64,000 bases of DNA from Thermoanaerobaculia bacterium (lineage in GTDB: Bacteria; Acidobacteriota; Thermoanaerobaculia; Gp7-AA8). A program made the position numbers and the translations under genes. Positions 1 to 9,945 of this stretch are shown piece after piece (position 1 is the stretch's first letter; every line of letters begins with the position of its first letter). Where the stretch lies: the NCBI GenBank assembly GCA_038230535.1, contig JBBRNB010000009.1, positions 7,729-71,728 on the forward strand, in the 5' to 3' direction. Under the pieces are notes generated by a model. The model was given only the letters and a program-made list of their open reading frames with translations. It did not search any database and was not told where the DNA came from.

Positions 1-2
1 TG

Positions 3-1091
3 GGTATCGCCCTAGGCAGCGTCACCATCACCGCTTCGGTCTCGCCGGCTAACGGCGGAGCAACGGCGACGGCATCCGTCTCGGTCATCCAGCCGCCGCC
101 GCAGTGCGCCGTTCCGGCGACGCCGCAGATCGGCGGGCCTTCCACAGCGGAAGCTGGAAAGGCGTATGCCATCACATGGCCTGCCGTCAAAGACGCCACC
201 GACTACTCGGTCGACGAATCGACCGACCAGAACTTCTCCACGCTGACGAACAGGATCGTGACGACGACTACCGCTTCGTTCACCCACGCCACGCCGAACC
301 GCTACTACTACCGCGTCCGGGCTCGCAATCTGCTCACCGGCTGCAGCACGGTCTCGCCTCTCTCCACGGTCATCTCCGTGCTGGTGAGCGTCGCACCCGT
401 CGCACAGACAAAAATCCTCCCGGTAGCCGGCTCGACGACCGGCAACCTCGGCTCGTTCTTCAAGACCTCCGTGCAGCTCTTCAACGGAAAGAGCGTGGCC
501 ATCTCCGGCAAGATCGTCTTCCACACGCAGGCGGCCTTGGGATCGTCAACCGATCCGTCCATCGCTTACTCGATCCAGCCCGGAAAGACCCTCTCCTACG
601 CCGATCTCCTCCCGGCCATGGGTATTGCCTCCGGCCTCGGCAGCGCCGATCTCATCGCCGACGCCGGCTCCTTTTTCCCTACCACCCTCATACGCGTCTT
701 CAACGACGCCGGCGCCGCCGGAACGACCGGCCTGGCCGAGGAGCCGATGGCGGCGAGCGACGCCTTGCAGAGTGGCGATACGGGAGCTCTGATCGCCCCC
801 GCCGATCAGAAGTTCCGCCTCAACATCGGCGTACGGACTCTGGAGCAGGGAGCATCCCTGAGCCTCACTGTCCGCGACAAAGACGGCAACATCGTCAAGA
901 CCACCACGAAGAGCTACGGCGCAACCTTCTTCACTCAGGTTGCAGCAACAGCCATGCTCGATGGCTACGTGCTCACCGGCGGCGAAACGATCACCATCCA
1001 GGTCACCGCCGGCAGCGCCTTTATCTACGGATCAACGACGGACAACACCACCCAGGACCCGAGCGTCCAGTTCGCCCACAGAATCGAGTGA
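3..1091 (+). CDS. Secreted beta-rich protein, C-terminal part (5' truncated by window): FN3-like segment plus an Ig-like C-terminal domain
   Basis: Frame is open from position 3 (GIALGSVTITASVSP...) to TGA at 1091. FN3-like segment 'ITWPAV..ATDY..DES....YYYRVRARN'; C-terminal 'ILPVAGST.G..GSFFKT...IYGSTTDN.TQDPS'. Confidence 0.75.
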   Translation, partial: GIALGSVTITASVSPANGGATATASVSVIQPPPQCAVPATPQIGGPSTAEAGKAYAITWPAVKDATDYSVDESTDQNFSTLTNRIVTTTTASFTHATPNRYYYRVRARNLLTGCSTVSPLSTVISVLVSVAPVAQTKILPVAGSTTGNLGSFFKTSVQLFNGKSVAISGKIVFHTQAALGSSTDPSIAYSIQPGKTLSYADLLPAMGIASGLGSADLIADAGSFFPTTLIRVFNDAGAAGTTGLAEEPMAASDALQSGDTGALIAPADQKFRLNIGVRTLEQGASLSLTVRDKDGNIVKTTTKSYGATFFTQVAATAMLDGYVLTGGETITIQVTAGSAFIYGSTTDNTTQDPSVQFAHRIE

Positions 1092-1097
1092 GTCGAG

Positions 1098-1119
1098 AGG
1101 GCCGGTCAACCGGCCCTTC
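1098..1119 (+). terminator. GC-rich hairpin immediately after the stop codon (probable terminator)
   Basis: AGGGCCGG-TCAA-CCGGCCCT inverted repeat; weak U-tract. Confidence 0.5.
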
Positions 1120-1224
1120 CTCATACCTCGTGCGGGTCAGCCGGCCTCACGGAACGCTGGCGTCCCGCCGGCTGGCTCGGCGGCGTTTCGCCGGCGCGTT
1201 CAGGTCATTATTTCCGCCACCCAA

Positions 1225-1341
1225 CGAGGTTCGGCCCGGCGCAGCCGGGCCCTACGAATCGAAATTTGTGTCGTCGAATCCGAGGAGCTCTCGCGGCCGG
1301 CTGCCGGCCGTAGGGCCCAGCTGCGCTGGGCCGAACCCTCG
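1225..1341. repeat. Inverted pair of GTAG-type REP elements (GTAGGGCCCAGCTGCGCTGGGCCGAA family)
   Basis: TTCGGCCCGGCGCAGCCGGGCCCTAC (ends 1255) and GTAGGGCCCAGCTGCGCTGGGCCGAA (starts 1310); the same family recurs at 15849 and 53285. Confidence 0.8.
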
Positions 1342-1387
1342 TGGGCGGGCGCTTGACCGACGACGGTAGATCAACCAGTTCGAGCGA

Positions 1388-1816
1388 TCACTTCGCCGGT
1401 TGGTCGGTGAGGAAGCCTACCTTTCTTGCTCCTGCTGCATGCGCAACGTCCATCGCCTCGACTGCGCGGTCGAACGGTACGGTGTCGTCGGCATTGATGA
1501 AGACGACGCGGTCGGCGATGTCTTTGCGGGAGAGCATCTGCCGCGCGAGCTCATCGTGCAGCGCCTGGCTGTTGGCCATCTTTGCCGAATTGAGATAGAT
1601 CCCGTCGCTGCGCACGGTAACGACGAGTTGCGTCTGCTCGGACGGCGGCGGCGCACCTGACACCTCGACCTTTGGCGGCACTTCGACATCAAGCCCCATC
1701 TGCAGAATCGGTGTGGCCACCATGAAGATGATGAGCAGAACCAGCACCACGTCGACCAGCGGCGTGATGTTGATTTCCGATCGGACTCCGTGGCCGGAGC
1801 TGGCGGACATGGACAT
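1388..1816 (-). CDS. exbD: Biopolymer transport protein ExbD/TolR
   Basis: EINITPLVDVVLVLLIIFMV signature; C-terminal 'VFINAD..V.F...VEAMD..H.AG..KVGF'. Start placed at MSMSASS; the longer ORF runs through repeat DNA. Confidence 0.92.
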   Translation of the reverse strand: MSMSASSGHGVRSEINITPLVDVVLVLLIIFMVATPILQMGLDVEVPPKVEVSGAPPPSEQTQLVVTVRSDGIYLNSAKMANSQALHDELARQMLSRKDIADRVVFINADDTVPFDRAVEAMDVAHAAGARKVGFLTDQPAK

Positions 1817-1840
1817 CGTTGCGTTTTCTCCGTTGCCGGC

Positions 1841-1957
1841 CAGTAGATCAGTGGATCGGTCGATCAGTGATCGGAGCCGTTCCACTTCATCGCTTGACCT
1901 GCTGATCCTGGTCTACTGGTCCACTGGTCTACTGATCCACTGCCTACTGATTCACTA
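1841..1957. repeat. Palindromic cassette of degenerate 8-mers (GGATCAGT ... ACTGATCC)
   Basis: Left arm cagtagatcagtggatcggtcgatcagtg; right arm ctactggtccactggtctactgatccactg. Confidence 0.75.
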
Positions 1958-1959
1958 CG

Positions 1960-2406
<447 letters not shown>

Positions 2407-2415
2407 CCTCGTCTC

Positions 2416-3135
2416 CTAGCGGACTGCTGCCGCATTGGCGCGGACGCGCGCCTCGTTCTTGATGAAGTAGTCGATGAGCTGCGACGACGAGTTCGACATC
2501 TCCACCTGAAAACGCTCCACCTTGTTCAGGAAGTAGTTGTAGAGCCAGACCGCCGGGATAGCAACGAAGAGGCCGAACGCGGTAGTGACCAACGCTTCGG
2601 CGATACCGGCCGACACGGCACCGAGTCCGCCTGAGCCGCTGATGGCCATCCCCTGGAAGGCATGGATGATGCCGGCCACGGTGCCGAAGAGACCGACGAA
2701 CGGGGCCGTCGTGGAGATGGTTGCCAGATTGCCAAGGCCCTTCTTCATCTCCGCGGTAGTCATCAGCGCTTCACGCTCGATGGCGCGTTGCCCTGATGCG
2801 ACGATATCGAAGTCGTCCGGCAACGCCTGCGTCGTCTCGTACTGAAACTCCGTCAGCCCGGCCCGAAGCACGCGGCCGAGGTGCGAGTGGCGATAGCGTT
2901 TATCGCTCGTCAGCGTGATGGCTTCCTCGAGCTTGTGTTGCTTGAGCAGCGGAGTGACGCCGAGTGCGATTGCCAGTGACTCACGCTTGGCACGCTGGAA
3001 GCGGATGATGCGCTCGATGGCGATGGTCAGCGACCAGATCGACATCAGTGCGAGCACCAAGACAACTCCCCGCGCCACCCAGTTCATTGTCGACAACATG
3101 CCGAAGATGCTGAAACTGTTATTCATCCCTTCCAT
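2416..3135 (-). CDS. exbB: MotA/TolQ/ExbB proton channel protein
   Basis: LATISTTAPFVGLFGTV.GII.AF and GIAEALVTTAFGLFVAIPA motifs. Confidence 0.95.
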   Translation of the reverse strand: MEGMNNSFSIFGMLSTMNWVARGVVLVLALMSIWSLTIAIERIIRFQRAKRESLAIALGVTPLLKQHKLEEAITLTSDKRYRHSHLGRVLRAGLTEFQYETTQALPDDFDIVASGQRAIEREALMTTAEMKKGLGNLATISTTAPFVGLFGTVAGIIHAFQGMAISGSGGLGAVSAGIAEALVTTAFGLFVAIPAVWLYNYFLNKVERFQVEMSNSSSQLIDYFIKNEARVRANAAAVR

Positions 3136-3152
3136 GTACTTCTCCTTCTGTT

Positions 3153-3313
3153 GAATCGGTGGATCAGTCGATCAGTGGATTGGCAGATCAGGATGCCTCG
3201 TCCGGATCGGTCTACTTCGCCGATCTCTGCATGTTGAATCATGGGGGTTGGCAGATCAAAGGATAACCAGGGTCTCGTCCTGATCAACCGGCCTGCTAAT
3301 CCACTAGTCCACT
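3153..3313. repeat. Palindromic 8-mer cassette between tonB and exbB
   Basis: ggtggatcagtcgatcagtggattggcagatcagg ... cctgatcaaccggcctgctaatccactagtccact. Confidence 0.7.
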
Positions 3314-3316
3314 CCT

Positions 3317-4081
3317 TCACTGCAACGTGAAATTTACCGTGAGTCTGAAGATGACAGGAACCGGCTGCCCGTTGTAGATCCCCGGCTTGAACTTCCACCG
3401 TTTGACGGCATCGAGCGCCGACTGATCGAGTCCGAACGGCAAACCTTTCAAAACGCGTGCATCCGTCACGTTACCGTTACGGTCGATGATGGTTTCAACG
3501 ATGACCACTCCCTGAATGTGAGCCTTGCGTGCCACGTCCAGATAGACGGGATCGACTCGTGTGACGGCTGTGGGGGGCGACACGTCACCGCCTACCTGCA
3601 TCGGCTTGTCGCCGGTACCTCCAGGCTGCCCGCCGAGCTGACCTCCGAGGGTGCCCCCAAGTGTTCCGCCGATGACACCTCCGACTACGCCGCCTACGAC
3701 GCCGCCTACCTGTCCTCCCACCACACCGCCTTCCTGATCACCAGTCGTGTCAGTCGGTACATCTTCGACTTGCGGCACTTCCCGCGGCGTCTGCGCCGGC
3801 TGGTGGAACGTCTGCGGAGTCTGTGGGGTCACGTGTTGCTGGACGTGCGGAGTCGAAGCATGCGACGCCGCCGGCGGAGGAGGTGGTGGCGGGGGCGGCG
3901 CCGAGACCACGAAGGCCTCGATCGGCTTCGTGATGACCTCGGGGTTTTGTTTGACATACAGCCCCGCCGCAACCACCGCGCCGATGATGATGAAATGCAG
4001 GGTGGTGGAAATGAGCACCGTAACCCACCCACCCTTCTTCTTGTCCCTGCCTGCGGATTCGATCAGGACATCATCAAACAT
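3317..4081 (-). CDS. tonB: Energy transducer TonB
   Basis: N-terminal TM with His (STTLHFII), poly-Pro linker, GGV repeats, TonB_C domain (P.Y...AR.A.IQG.V...I...G.V...ALDAVKRWKFKP). Start at MFDDVLIES. Confidence 0.93.
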   Translation of the reverse strand: MFDDVLIESAGRDKKKGGWVTVLISTTLHFIIIGAVVAAGLYVKQNPEVITKPIEAFVVSAPPPPPPPPPAASHASTPHVQQHVTPQTPQTFHQPAQTPREVPQVEDVPTDTTGDQEGGVVGGQVGGVVGGVVGGVIGGTLGGTLGGQLGGQPGGTGDKPMQVGGDVSPPTAVTRVDPVYLDVARKAHIQGVVIVETIIDRNGNVTDARVLKGLPFGLDQSALDAVKRWKFKPGIYNGQPVPVIFRLTVNFTLQ

Positions 4082-4129
4082 GGCAGCTACCTCAGTTACT
4101 GCTGTGTCCTCTTCAGGGATGATGCCAAG

Positions 4130-4280
4130 TGTGGGGGGGCGGGGGTTGGGGGTCTGGTGGATCAGTGGATCAGGAACGGGGCCGTGGACGGTGAATTGGC
4201 CGCCCGGCCGGTAGGACACCGCTCTTCCTGATCCTGATCTACCAATCCACTGCTCAACTGATCCACCGACCCACCCCCCC
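4130..4280. repeat. Palindromic cassette of G-rich 7-mers and 8-mers in the tonB/ppk1 divergent region
   Basis: gggggcgggggttgggggtctggtggatcagtggatcagg ... cctgatcctgatctaccaatccactgctcaactgatccaccgacccaccccccc. Confidence 0.65.
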
Positions 4281-4341
4281 AAAGAATTTACACTCTTCCC
4301 GGTGCATTCGCGCACGTGCAGTGCATACCATTGGCGTCCCA

Positions 4342-6597
4342 ATGCCTTTGCCATCAGAAACAGCACTGATTGAGGTGCCTGCGGTGCCCGATACAGGGCC
4401 GCAAGCCGTGCAGTCGCTCCCCACCCCGCCACCCTCCCCGCTTGCCCCGCCCCCACTGCCAGCGGTACCGCTGTTCGACCGCGAGCTCGGTGCGCTGTCG
4501 TTCAACGAGCGCGTGCTGGCGGAGGCGCAGAACCCCTCGGTGCCGCTGCTCGAACGGGCCAAGTTCCTGAGCATCTGCGCGCACAACCTCGACGAGTTCT
4601 TCATGATCCGGGTCGGTGAGATCCGCGACCTCATCGCCGCCAACGTTCCGGCCGATCCGTTCGGGAACGGTCTCAAACGTCTTCAGGCAGTGCGCAGCGG
4701 AGCGCGGTCGCTGCTCCACAAGATCTATCACTGCCTGGGCGAGGAGCTGATCCCGGCACTGCGCAAGGAAGGGATCCGCATCGAACGAGTGGCGGACCTC
4801 GGCAAGAAGGAGCGCAATTTCGTCGAAGAGTATTTCTGCCGCGACCTCGAGCCGATCCTGACACCGCTGGCCATCGATCCAGCCCACCCTTTCCCGTTCA
4901 TCGCCAATCTCTCGCTCAACCTCGCCCTGCAGCTCGAATCGGAACGCGGGGAGAGGCACGTGGCCATCGTCAAGATCCCCGAAAGCGTCCCCCGGCTCGT
5001 GCCGATGCCGGAGAAGACGCGCTTTGTGCTGCTCGAGGACGTCATCTCATCGCACGTTCATCGTTTCTTTCCGGGACTGAAGGTCCTCCGTGTGGCCGCA
5101 TTCAGGGTGATCCGCAACTCCGATCTCGACATCAAAGAGGAGGAGATGCAGGACCTGCTCAAGAGCATCGAGAGCGAACTGCGGCGCCGCGAGCGGCGGG
5201 AGGTCGTGTGGCTGGAGATCGAACAGGGAGCCGGCGATCCGCTGCTGGCGTTGCTCGCCGGCGCCACCGACTCATCGCCGGATGACATCTTCTTTGCCCC
5301 AGGCCCGCTGAAGCTCGGCGATCTCCAGCAGCTCTACACACAGATCCAGAACCCGGAGCTGAAAGAAGCGCCCTTCAACCCGCGCATGCCGGCCCGGCTT
5401 GCCACCACGGACGACATCTTCTCGATCATTCGCCGAGGCGACCTGCTACTGCACCGGCCGTACGACTCGTTCACGGCTGTCATCGAGTTCGTTCAGTCGG
5501 CCGCCGAGGATGCCGGCGTCGTCGCCATCAAACAGACGCTCTATCGCACCGATCCAGGCTCGCCGATCATCGCCGCGCTCTCCGCGGCGGCGAGAGCCGG
5601 CAAGCAGGTAACCGCCGTGGTCGAGCTGCAGGCGCGCTTCGACGAACGGAAGAACATCACCTGGGCGCGAACGCTCGAAGAAGCGGGCGTGCAGGTGGTC
5701 TACGGAATCGTCGGGTACAAGACCCATTGCAAGGTCTGCCTCATCGTCCGGCGGGAAGGCGGCGAGCTGCGGCGGTACGTCCATCTCTCGACCGGGAACT
5801 ACAACGCTGTGACAGGGCGCCTCTACACCGATGTCGACCTCTTCACATGCGATCCAGCCTTCGGGTCCGACGCCGCCCAGCTCATGAATCTGCTCACCGG
5901 CTTCAGCGTGGCAGGAGTGCAGGAGCTGGTCGAGACCAAGGGGGCGACGCTGAAGTGGCGGGAGTTCGTGGTCTCGCCGATGGACTATCTGCGTTGGACG
6001 ATCCGGATGATCGACCGGGAGACGGAGAACGCCAAAGAAGGGAAACCGGCGGCGATCATCGCCAAGATGAACGCCCTGGTCGACCCAGGCGTGATCGAGG
6101 CGCTTTACCGGGCCAGCCGGGCCGGCGTGCAGGCCGACCTCCTCGTGCGCGGCATCTGCTGTCTCGTCCCTGGCCTACCCGGCGTCAGCCAGAACATCCG
6201 CGTGACGTCGATCATCGACCGGTTCCTCGAGCATTCGCGCATCTTCCAGTTCGCCAATGGCGGCGCGCCGCAGGTGTGGATCTCGAGCGGCGACTGGATG
6301 CCGCGCAATTACCTCCGGCGCATCGAGACCACGTTCCAGATCCGCGACGCCGCTGTGGCAAAGCGCCTCAGCGAACAGATCCTCCCGATCGCGTTGGGCG
6401 ACAACGTGAAGAGCTGGACACTGGGCTCCGATGGCACCTACCGCCGCCGCACACCGGGCGACCAGCGCCCCCTGCGCAGTCAGGAGACCTTCATCACCAT
6501 CGCCCGCTCCGATTCGGTGAGCGTCGGACCGTATGAGGAGAGCATCCACGATCCGGCGTCATTCCGAAGGAAAGCGAAGAAGAAAAAGAAGCATTAG
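4342..6597 (+). CDS. ppk1: Polyphosphate kinase 1
   Basis: RELGALSFNERVL, NLDEFFMIRV, HPFPF, IKQTLYRT, ELQARFDE, KTHCK (phospho-His), TGNYN, DRFLEHSR. Confidence 0.97.
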   Translation: MPLPSETALIEVPAVPDTGPQAVQSLPTPPPSPLAPPPLPAVPLFDRELGALSFNERVLAEAQNPSVPLLERAKFLSICAHNLDEFFMIRVGEIRDLIAANVPADPFGNGLKRLQAVRSGARSLLHKIYHCLGEELIPALRKEGIRIERVADLGKKERNFVEEYFCRDLEPILTPLAIDPAHPFPFIANLSLNLALQLESERGERHVAIVKIPESVPRLVPMPEKTRFVLLEDVISSHVHRFFPGLKVLRVAAFRVIRNSDLDIKEEEMQDLLKSIESELRRRERREVVWLEIEQGAGDPLLALLAGATDSSPDDIFFAPGPLKLGDLQQLYTQIQNPELKEAPFNPRMPARLATTDDIFSIIRRGDLLLHRPYDSFTAVIEFVQSAAEDAGVVAIKQTLYRTDPGSPIIAALSAAARAGKQVTAVVELQARFDERKNITWARTLEEAGVQVVYGIVGYKTHCKVCLIVRREGGELRRYVHLSTGNYNAVTGRLYTDVDLFTCDPAFGSDAAQLMNLLTGFSVAGVQELVETKGATLKWREFVVSPMDYLRWTIRMIDRETENAKEGKPAAIIAKMNALVDPGVIEALYRASRAGVQADLLVRGICCLVPGLPGVSQNIRVTSIIDRFLEHSRIFQFANGGAPQVWISSGDWMPRNYLRRIETTFQIRDAAVAKRLSEQILPIALGDNVKSWTLGSDGTYRRRTPGDQRPLRSQETFITIARSDSVSVGPYEESIHDPASFRRKAKKKKKH

Positions 6598-6651
6598 GTG
6601 ATGGGGGTGGGGAGTCGGGGGTGGGGGGTGGTAGAACGAATCCGCGCGGCC

Positions 6652-7146
6652 CTATCGTTGCCGCATAACGCGTGGGCGCAGCATCCACTCCAGCGTCGCG
6701 CTTCCGTCCGCGCGGAGCCGCAGGCCGTAGCAGCCGCCTTTTCTCAGCTCGATCGCTCCGTCGCTGCTCAAATTCGTGATGGCCAGCATCGCTGTCGAGA
6801 GGGACGGCTCGTGACCGACGCAGATGACTCGCCGCGCCTCGCTCGACATGATCAGCGTACGGATGGCATCGACGCCGGCGCCCGGCTTCAGCGCGCCGGC
6901 CGCTCGCATGATCGAGGGCTTTCGGTAGGCCTTGACCACCCATTCCGCGGTCTGCATGCAGCGGAGGAGCGGACTCGTGTAGACCACTTCCGCCTTCGGA
7001 AAGAACCGCGCCAGACCACGGCCGATCTGCTTCATGCGGCGCTCGCCGGTTGCGGTCAGGACACGGTCGTCATCATTCTCTCTCGCCCCATGCGGCTCGG
7101 CGATTCCATGACGCAGCAGGACGATGAACTTCTCACCCGTTTCCAT
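6652..7146 (-). CDS. sixA: Phosphohistidine phosphatase, SixA family
   Basis: LLRHGIAE...D..R.LT..G, SPLLRCMQTA and VGHEP motifs. Confidence 0.88.
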   Translation of the reverse strand: METGEKFIVLLRHGIAEPHGARENDDDRVLTATGERRMKQIGRGLARFFPKAEVVYTSPLLRCMQTAEWVVKAYRKPSIMRAAGALKPGAGVDAIRTLIMSSEARRVICVGHEPSLSTAMLAITNLSSDGAIELRKGGCYGLRLRADGSATLEWMLRPRVMRQR

Positions 7147-8338
7147 TTGGCGGTTCCCCCACGTACCTCGCCCGTGGCCGGATCATTTCATCCTTCGCAT
7201 ACTGTTCGATGGCGTGGCCGATCCAGCCGATGCTGCGGCCGAGCGCGAAGAGTGTCAGCGGCGCGCCGCGATCGAGCTTGAGCGTGCGGGCCAGAGCGGC
7301 GAGAGCAAAGTCGATGGCCGGCTTGTCACCGGTGAGCTCCTCCCCCACCTTGGCCACGTTGCGAGTAAAGATCACCTCAGGCGATTTGGCGAAGCGCTTC
7401 GCGAGCAGATCCATGAGGATCGCCGCGCGCGGATCGCCATTCGTGTACAGACGATGTCCGAAACCGTAGATCGGCTCGTGGCGGCGGAGGCGGTCAGACA
7501 GCGCCTTGCGAACATCGCGAGTCCGGCGAAGATCGGTGAGCATCGATTCCACCTTCTCGCTCAAACCGCCGTGCTTCGCCCCTTCGATCGCCGTGAGCCC
7601 CGCGATGACGACTGCATAAGGACTCGATCCCGCCGAGGCTACACAGCGGGCGGTGAAGGAAGAGACGTTCAGCTCGTGATCAGCGCAAAGGATCAGCGCC
7701 GCGCGCAACAGCTCGACAGCATGCGGCGTCTTCGGAATCCAACGCTTCTGAAGCGTCTCCTCGATGGAGTCTTCCAGGTCGGCTGACTCCGCGGCCACGC
7801 TGGTCAGAAGATTGACGATGCGCCAGCCGGTTTGGGCGACCGCACGGGGGCGAAGATCATAAGCAAGAGAATCGCGCGCTCCGACGAGCGGCAGCATCGA
7901 TTGCGCGCGGCTGACGAACGGCAGATCCTCGGCGCTCTTTCCACCGGCAACCACGTGCAGAGGCATGCCGGCGAAAAGGCTGACGTCGAAACTGCCCGTC
8001 CAGAGCAGCGCCGCCACCTCCTCCACGGTTCGCGTGCGCGCCAGCTCGCCGGCCTCGTAGCCGCGGAAGTACAGCCGATCGGAGTCGATGAGCGTGATCG
8101 AGGATTCGAGCACCGGCACACCCCAATGGAGGGCCCGTTCCGCGGTCTTCCCTGGGTCGCGGCGCTGCTCGCTCCTGTTCCGCAGCCGCTCGACATCCTC
8201 GGCCGCATAGCGGCGCTGATGGGAGTTGCCCGGTTTCGCCGTGGAGCGCACCAAGCCTCGGCTGACGTACGCGTAGAGCGTCGTACGGCTCACGCCCAGC
8301 CGCTTGGAGGCATCGTCCGAAGAGAGCCATGAGACCAT
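7133..8338 (-). CDS. Citrate synthase family protein with N-terminal excisionase/MerR-like HTH
   Basis: N-terminus WLSSDDASKRLGVSRTTLYAYVSRGLV (HTH_17-like); citrate synthase motifs LYFRG, ADHELNVSSF, KHGG, GFGHRLY, AIDF, GWIGHAIEQ, RPRARYVG. Confidence 0.9.
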   Translation of the reverse strand: MVSWLSSDDASKRLGVSRTTLYAYVSRGLVRSTAKPGNSHQRRYAAEDVERLRNRSEQRRDPGKTAERALHWGVPVLESSITLIDSDRLYFRGYEAGELARTRTVEEVAALLWTGSFDVSLFAGMPLHVVAGGKSAEDLPFVSRAQSMLPLVGARDSLAYDLRPRAVAQTGWRIVNLLTSVAAESADLEDSIEETLQKRWIPKTPHAVELLRAALILCADHELNVSSFTARCVASAGSSPYAVVIAGLTAIEGAKHGGLSEKVESMLTDLRRTRDVRKALSDRLRRHEPIYGFGHRLYTNGDPRAAILMDLLAKRFAKSPEVIFTRNVAKVGEELTGDKPAIDFALAALARTLKLDRGAPLTLFALGRSIGWIGHAIEQYAKDEMIRPRARYVGEPPNGNG

Positions 8339-8361
8339 GAGGCGGTTACGCTATCACCCTG

Positions 8362-8411
8362 ACATTGATTCTGCAATCAATGTTGACAACATTGATGACC
8401 GGCCCTAGCTT
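8362..8411 (+). promoter_or_regulatory. Triple ACATTGAT operator overlapping a sigma70 promoter (TTGACA-17-TAGCTT) of the leaderless citrate synthase gene
   Basis: ACATTGATT-N4-AATCAATGT (8362-8383) and ATCAATGTTG-A-CAACATTGAT (8376-8396); TTGACA 8383-8388, TAGCTT 8406-8411, ATG 8418. Confidence 0.8.
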
Positions 8412-8417
8412 GATCAC

Positions 8418-9605
8418 ATGAACGACACCATGATCCACAACGGTCTCGAAGGCATCATCGCCGCGGAAACCTCATTGAGCATGGTCGACGGAACGGCAGG
8501 CGAGCTGATCATCGCCGGGTTCCCTGTTGCCGAACTGGCCATGAACGCCACATTCGAGGAGACGGCGCATCTCCTCTGGTACGGCTCGCTGCCGGACGCG
8601 CAGGAGCTGGCAGCCTTCCGCTCCGATCTCGCGCAACGACGCGAGCTGCCGGCGGCCGCCTACGAGCTCCTCCGCGCAGCCGCGCGCGAGCAGGCCGGCG
8701 GCATGGACGCGCTGCGGATGGCGGCAGGGACCATCAGCCTTCGCGGTTCCGGCACAGACAAGAGTTTCCGTGCTGCCGATGACCACGCCGCCCGCAATCT
8801 GTTAGCCGCTTTTCCGACGATCGTAGCCGCCTACTGGCGGCTCAGCAACGATCGCTCGCCTATCGCGCCACGTCCCGACCTCGGCCATGCCGCGAACTTT
8901 CTCTACATGCTCTCCGGAGAGACGCCGTTGGACGAGCGCGTGCGGGGTCTGGAGACCTATCTCAACACCGTCGTCGACCACGGGCTCAACGCTTCGACGT
9001 TCACCGCACGCGTCATCGCTTCGACGAATTCCGATCTCATCTCCGCCGTAGCAGGCGCGATCGGCGCGCTCAAAGGGCCGCTGCATGGAGGGGCGCCGGG
9101 ACCGGCGCTCGACATGGTGTTCGAGATCGGCAACGCCGGGCGCGCCGAGGAGGTGCTGCGGGGAAAAATCGAGTCGGGCGAGAAGCTGATGGGCTTCGGC
9201 CACCGCGTTTACAAAGTGCGCGATCCACGCGCAGACGTCCTCGCCGCGGCGGCGGAACGAATGTTCACGCGCGGCGGCGACATGGCGCTTTATCAGCTCG
9301 CCCGCGCGGTCGAGACGGTTGCGCTTCGCCTGCTGGAGGAATACAAGCCGGGCCGCAACCTGCAGACGAATGTCGAGTTCTACACGGCCCTCCTGCTGCA
9401 CGGCCTCGATCTCGAGGTTCCGCTCTTCACCCCCACCTTCGCCGTCAGCCGGGTCGCAGGCTGGATCGCCCACTGCTTCGAGCAGCGCCGCGCCAACCGC
9501 ATCATCCGGCCGCAGTCGGTCTATCGCGGCTCCCGTGACCGGCGCTGGGTGCCAGCCTCGGCCCGTTCAGCGCAACCCGCGGCGGGAACGCTCGTATCAT
9601 TGTGA
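8418..9605 (+). CDS. Citrate/2-methylcitrate synthase family protein (Bacillus subtilis CitA/CS-I-like)
   Basis: GLEGII.AET, DHGLNASTF, KGPLHGGA, GFGHRVYK..DPR, TNVEFY (Glu at the usual catalytic Asp), GWIAH..EQ. Confidence 0.92.
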   Translation: MNDTMIHNGLEGIIAAETSLSMVDGTAGELIIAGFPVAELAMNATFEETAHLLWYGSLPDAQELAAFRSDLAQRRELPAAAYELLRAAAREQAGGMDALRMAAGTISLRGSGTDKSFRAADDHAARNLLAAFPTIVAAYWRLSNDRSPIAPRPDLGHAANFLYMLSGETPLDERVRGLETYLNTVVDHGLNASTFTARVIASTNSDLISAVAGAIGALKGPLHGGAPGPALDMVFEIGNAGRAEEVLRGKIESGEKLMGFGHRVYKVRDPRADVLAAAAERMFTRGGDMALYQLARAVETVALRLLEEYKPGRNLQTNVEFYTALLLHGLDLEVPLFTPTFAVSRVAGWIAHCFEQRRANRIIRPQSVYRGSRDRRWVPASARSAQPAAGTLVSL

Positions 9606-9619
9606 CGGAGGCCTTGACC

Positions 9620-9904
9620 ATGTTTGCGTTGATCGTGCTCCTCGGGATGGCGATGTTCGCAGCCGTTGCGTTCACAGTGGTGGCATTGATCGCGGTCGTG
9701 GCGAAGGTGGTGATCCTGCCATTTCGCCTGCTGATGCTGCCGGTCAAGCTTCTGGCCCTGCCGTTCATCGCCATTGCACTGGTGATCAAGTTCGCGTTCC
9801 TGATCGCCTTCGGTTCGATCGTGGTTGCTCTGCTGATCCCGCTGGCGATCCTGGCGCTCCTTGTCGCCGCGCCGATCGCGCTCATTGTTTCGGCCGCGAG
9901 CTGA
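9620..9904 (+). CDS. Small hydrophobic membrane protein
   Basis: Almost entirely hydrophobic; GGAGG SD upstream; follows the citrate synthase stop directly. Confidence 0.7.
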   Translation: MFALIVLLGMAMFAAVAFTVVALIAVVAKVVILPFRLLMLPVKLLALPFIAIALVIKFAFLIAFGSIVVALLIPLAILALLVAAPIALIVSAAS

Positions 9905-9945
9905 ATGGCGGTGTTCTGACGGCAGCGCGCATAATGCGCGCTGCC

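Noticed and set aside
4082-4456. N-terminal extension of TonB in the ORF track
   Set aside because: It runs through repeat DNA and overlaps ppk1; the domain starts at MFDDVLIES (4081).
9319-9945. Long N-terminal extension of the VIT1 protein
   Set aside because: It overlaps the citrate synthase and the small membrane gene; family similarity begins near 9946.
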